From NCBI GenBank assembly GCA_017654855.1, contig CM030338.1:2976001-3040000 (forward strand): 64,000 bases of DNA. The letters run 5' to 3'. Below the pieces are notes generated by a model. It worked only from the letters and a program-made list of their open reading frames with translations, did no database searches and was not told the DNA's origin. This document shows, piece by piece, positions 61,770 through 64,000 of this stretch (within the stretch, counting starts at the first letter, position 1; every line of letters starts with the position of its first letter). This DNA is from Podospora anserina (Eukaryota). Both the position numbers and the translations under genes were made by a program.

Positions 61770-64000
61770 TCACCCCCCAAGAACCTTTACATACGGCCCA
61801 GGAAACAGCCCCCCCTTCCCTTGATACCACCCGTGAAACCACTCCCCATTCACATCCTCCACCTCCCCAATCTCTGCCCCTTTAGGGAAGAACAACTCAT
61901 CACCTACCCCCTCGGCCGGAACCCAACCCCAGTTCGCCACTGCTTTTGGGTCTGTCCCCCCATCGGGAGGGAAATCGTGTTCGTCCTGGACAAGTTCGGA
62001 GAGTTGCTCTGGTTTTAGATCAGCAACACTCCTGGGGTTTACCCCCTTTGTTGACGTAACCATGTCCACCCCGACCAACCTCGCTTTTCTCGTGCTGCCG
62101 CTGCTGCTGCTGCTGCTGCTGTTGGGGTCGATTTTCCAACTCCATGTTTGATATGATGAGTTTTTTGGAATAGATTCGATACGTAACCGTTGCCCGCCGA
62201 CAAGGTCCTTGAATATTTTTCTCTTGTAAACCGTCTCGCTGGGGCTGGGAGAAGAAAGCGAAAAAGCCAACATGACCATCCTGTGCCCCTTTGGACAGCG
62301 GCGCCATCCCTTTGGGCCGTTTTCCACGGGGAGGTGGTTCATATCAAGGAAGTGGTTGTAGCACGCCACGCAGAGATTTGTACAATCCCCAGCAGTGGCA
62401 GAGGGGAGTTGGGAAGGGCAGGAGTAGCAGTGATAATAAACTTGGTTGCGAGGTATGGGCTTGGTACATTGCTCGCAGTGCTGTTTTGGGTCGGACGGGT
62501 GGTAGACTCCTTTGCTGCGGGTGGTGCTGTTTGCGACGGCTATTGATGATGGCGCAAAGGGGGATTGTTGAGGGGAGGGTTTAGACATGTAGGTGAAGGG
62601 GGTGAGGGGGTGGGGGCAGGATTTTCCTTTGCTGACGCAGGTGTTGCAGTACCCCCAGTCCCCAGCGTTGCAGGTGTCACATCCCCAGTGGAGGTCGTTG
62701 CGCGTAAAGGCTGAGCACCCTGAGCAGAAGGTGCCTCGTTGTAACCGATCGGCTGGGTTTTCAGCTGTTAACGTCCGGCGACCTTCTGCTCCTCCCGGAA
62801 GGGTAGAGGGGGGGAGGTATCGGCTCCCAACCAGTGTGTGCGGCGGTGGGAGGTCTGGGCCAAGTCGTTTCCACTTCTGGAGGGCGTTTGGGCCGTACCC
62901 AAAGAAGTGTAGACATCCCTTGCCGCGGCGGTAGCAGTCGAGACAAATATTCCAGTTGCCTTCGTGGCAGAGATTGCAGTTGTAGTGGAGATCGTATTGG
63001 ATGTGTTCCCTGGAGCAGTGGTTGCATTGGATCAGGGGCTCTTTATACCACACTGGCTGGGCTCGTCGTGGGGACGCTAATGGCGGAGAGTTGATATCAT
63101 TGCTCAGCGGCCCTGACGTCGGCGCAAGAGTAGGAGAGTCATGTCGAGCGAGTTCCCTCCTAGCCGGACCAACTTCCGCCGGCAACTCCGTCGGTGATTG
63201 CTGTGTTGGTATAGTTCCAGCTGGTATCAAAGGTATCGGCATCGTTCCCGCAGGTACAAGCGGTATTGGCTCCCTCAGCGGAGAAGCCCTCTCTCCCGGC
63301 GACTCCCTCCGAGACGAAGGCGTCGTCGTCGTCGTCGTCACCGTAGCAGAAGTAGGCGAGCTCGAAGTCCCTCCTCTCAACCTCGGCCTCAACGGAGCAG
63401 GCGCATCCCCCAAAGCCACCGGATCAGTCTGCACCCTACTCCCCACCCTAACCGGCTCAGGAAACTGCGCCGGCGGCAACGGAACCGTGGCGCTCCTCCC
63501 ACTACTCGACGTCCGTCTCCTACTCCTCCCCGGCTCCTGCACCTCCAGTCTCCCAGCAAAACTGGTACTCGGTGGATACCTCCCCCTAGGCTCCCTGTCA
63601 CTCTCATTCCCACTCTGACTCGGCGCCCGTGAGTGAACCGTATGCCTACTCGCCGGCCGTGACCCCTCCCTCGTCGTCGTAACCACACCAGTCGCCGTCC
63701 TACTCCTCGGCCTGACCCCCTCAGTATTATGACTCCTCGAACTAGTCCCACTCCCCCTCACCCTCCCCCCCTCGTTATTCCTCACCCGTTCCCTATGCCT
63801 CCGTCTATACGCCTCCGTTATCCTCCGACTAAGTTCATCATTGTTCTCCAAATCAATATTATCCAAATCCAACCCATCCAGCAACCCCTCCTCCTGAATC
63901 TGCCTCGCAAACTCCTCCACCTCCCGTTCGATATCCCTCGCATCCACCCCTTCCGTACTGATTAAACTCCTGAGGCTGCTCTGGTGAGTAACCTCCCGTT
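61770..64000 (-). CDS. Protein with three ZZ-like Cys-rich zinc fingers and a C-terminal SH3 domain; 5'-truncated at the window edge
   Basis: CNHC...CNLC...CLDC, CSGC...CDTC...CNTC and CEQC...CYSC...CVAC clusters; SH3 DELFFPKGAEIGEVEDVNGEWFHGWYQGKGGLFPGPYV. The frame stays open to position 64000. Confidence 0.85.
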   Translation of the reverse strand, partial: REVTHQSSLRSLISTEGVDARDIEREVEEFARQIQEEGLLDGLDLDNIDLENNDELSRRITEAYRRRHRERVRNNEGGRVRGSGTSSRSHNTEGVRPRSRTATGVVTTTREGSRPASRHTVHSRAPSQSGNESDREPRGRYPPSTSFAGRLEVQEPGRSRRRTSSSGRSATVPLPPAQFPEPVRVGSRVQTDPVALGDAPAPLRPRLRGGTSSSPTSATVTTTTTTPSSRRESPGERASPLREPIPLVPAGTMPIPLIPAGTIPTQQSPTELPAEVGPARRELARHDSPTLAPTSGPLSNDINSPPLASPRRAQPVWYKEPLIQCNHCSREHIQYDLHYNCNLCHEGNWNICLDCYRRGKGCLHFFGYGPNALQKWKRLGPDLPPPHTLVGSRYLPPSTLPGGAEGRRTLTAENPADRLQRGTFCSGCSAFTRNDLHWGCDTCNAGDWGYCNTCVSKGKSCPHPLTPFTYMSKPSPQQSPFAPSSIAVANSTTRSKGVYHPSDPKQHCEQCTKPIPRNQVYYHCYSCPSQLPSATAGDCTNLCVACYNHFLDMNHLPVENGPKGWRRCPKGHRMVMLAFSLSSPSPSETVYKRKIFKDLVGGQRLRIESIPKNSSYQTWSWKIDPNSSSSSSSGSTRKARLVGVDMVTSTKGVNPRSVADLKPEQLSELVQDEHDFPPDGGTDPKAVANWGWVPAEGVGDELFFPKGAEIGEVEDVNGEWFHGWYQGKGGLFPGPYVKVLGG

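Overview
Gene-dense, intron-containing eukaryotic DNA from a filamentous ascomycete. GT-AG introns of about 55-340 nt with CTRAC branch sites and the protein sequences suggest Sordariales, possibly Podospora-like (inference). I reconstructed 21 protein-coding genes by hand-splicing: a ZIP metal transporter, an F-box/WD40 protein, PDA1, DNA ligase I (CDC9), mitochondrial L12, midasin, a CBM48-like protein, SUR2, TCTP, a proline-rich protein, an SRA-like protein, a neurochondrin-like protein, a CLC channel, parvulin PIN4, RPS12, RPS22, a GT90/CAP10-like protein, PAF1, RER1, enoyl-CoA hydratase and a partial ZZ/SH3 protein. I saw no transposon, tRNA, rRNA or CRISPR array. The most notable signals are: (1) a probable CUG-initiated mitochondrial presequence on DNA ligase I; (2) an intronic H/ACA snoRNA (snR44-like) and a structured 5'-UTR intron in RPS22; (3) a TCTP about 75 aa longer than usual; (4) a one-base frameshift in the CLC N-terminus; (5) repeated C-rich to G-rich skew switches inside genes. 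All calls come from reading the sequence and from recalled family knowledge; no database search was run.
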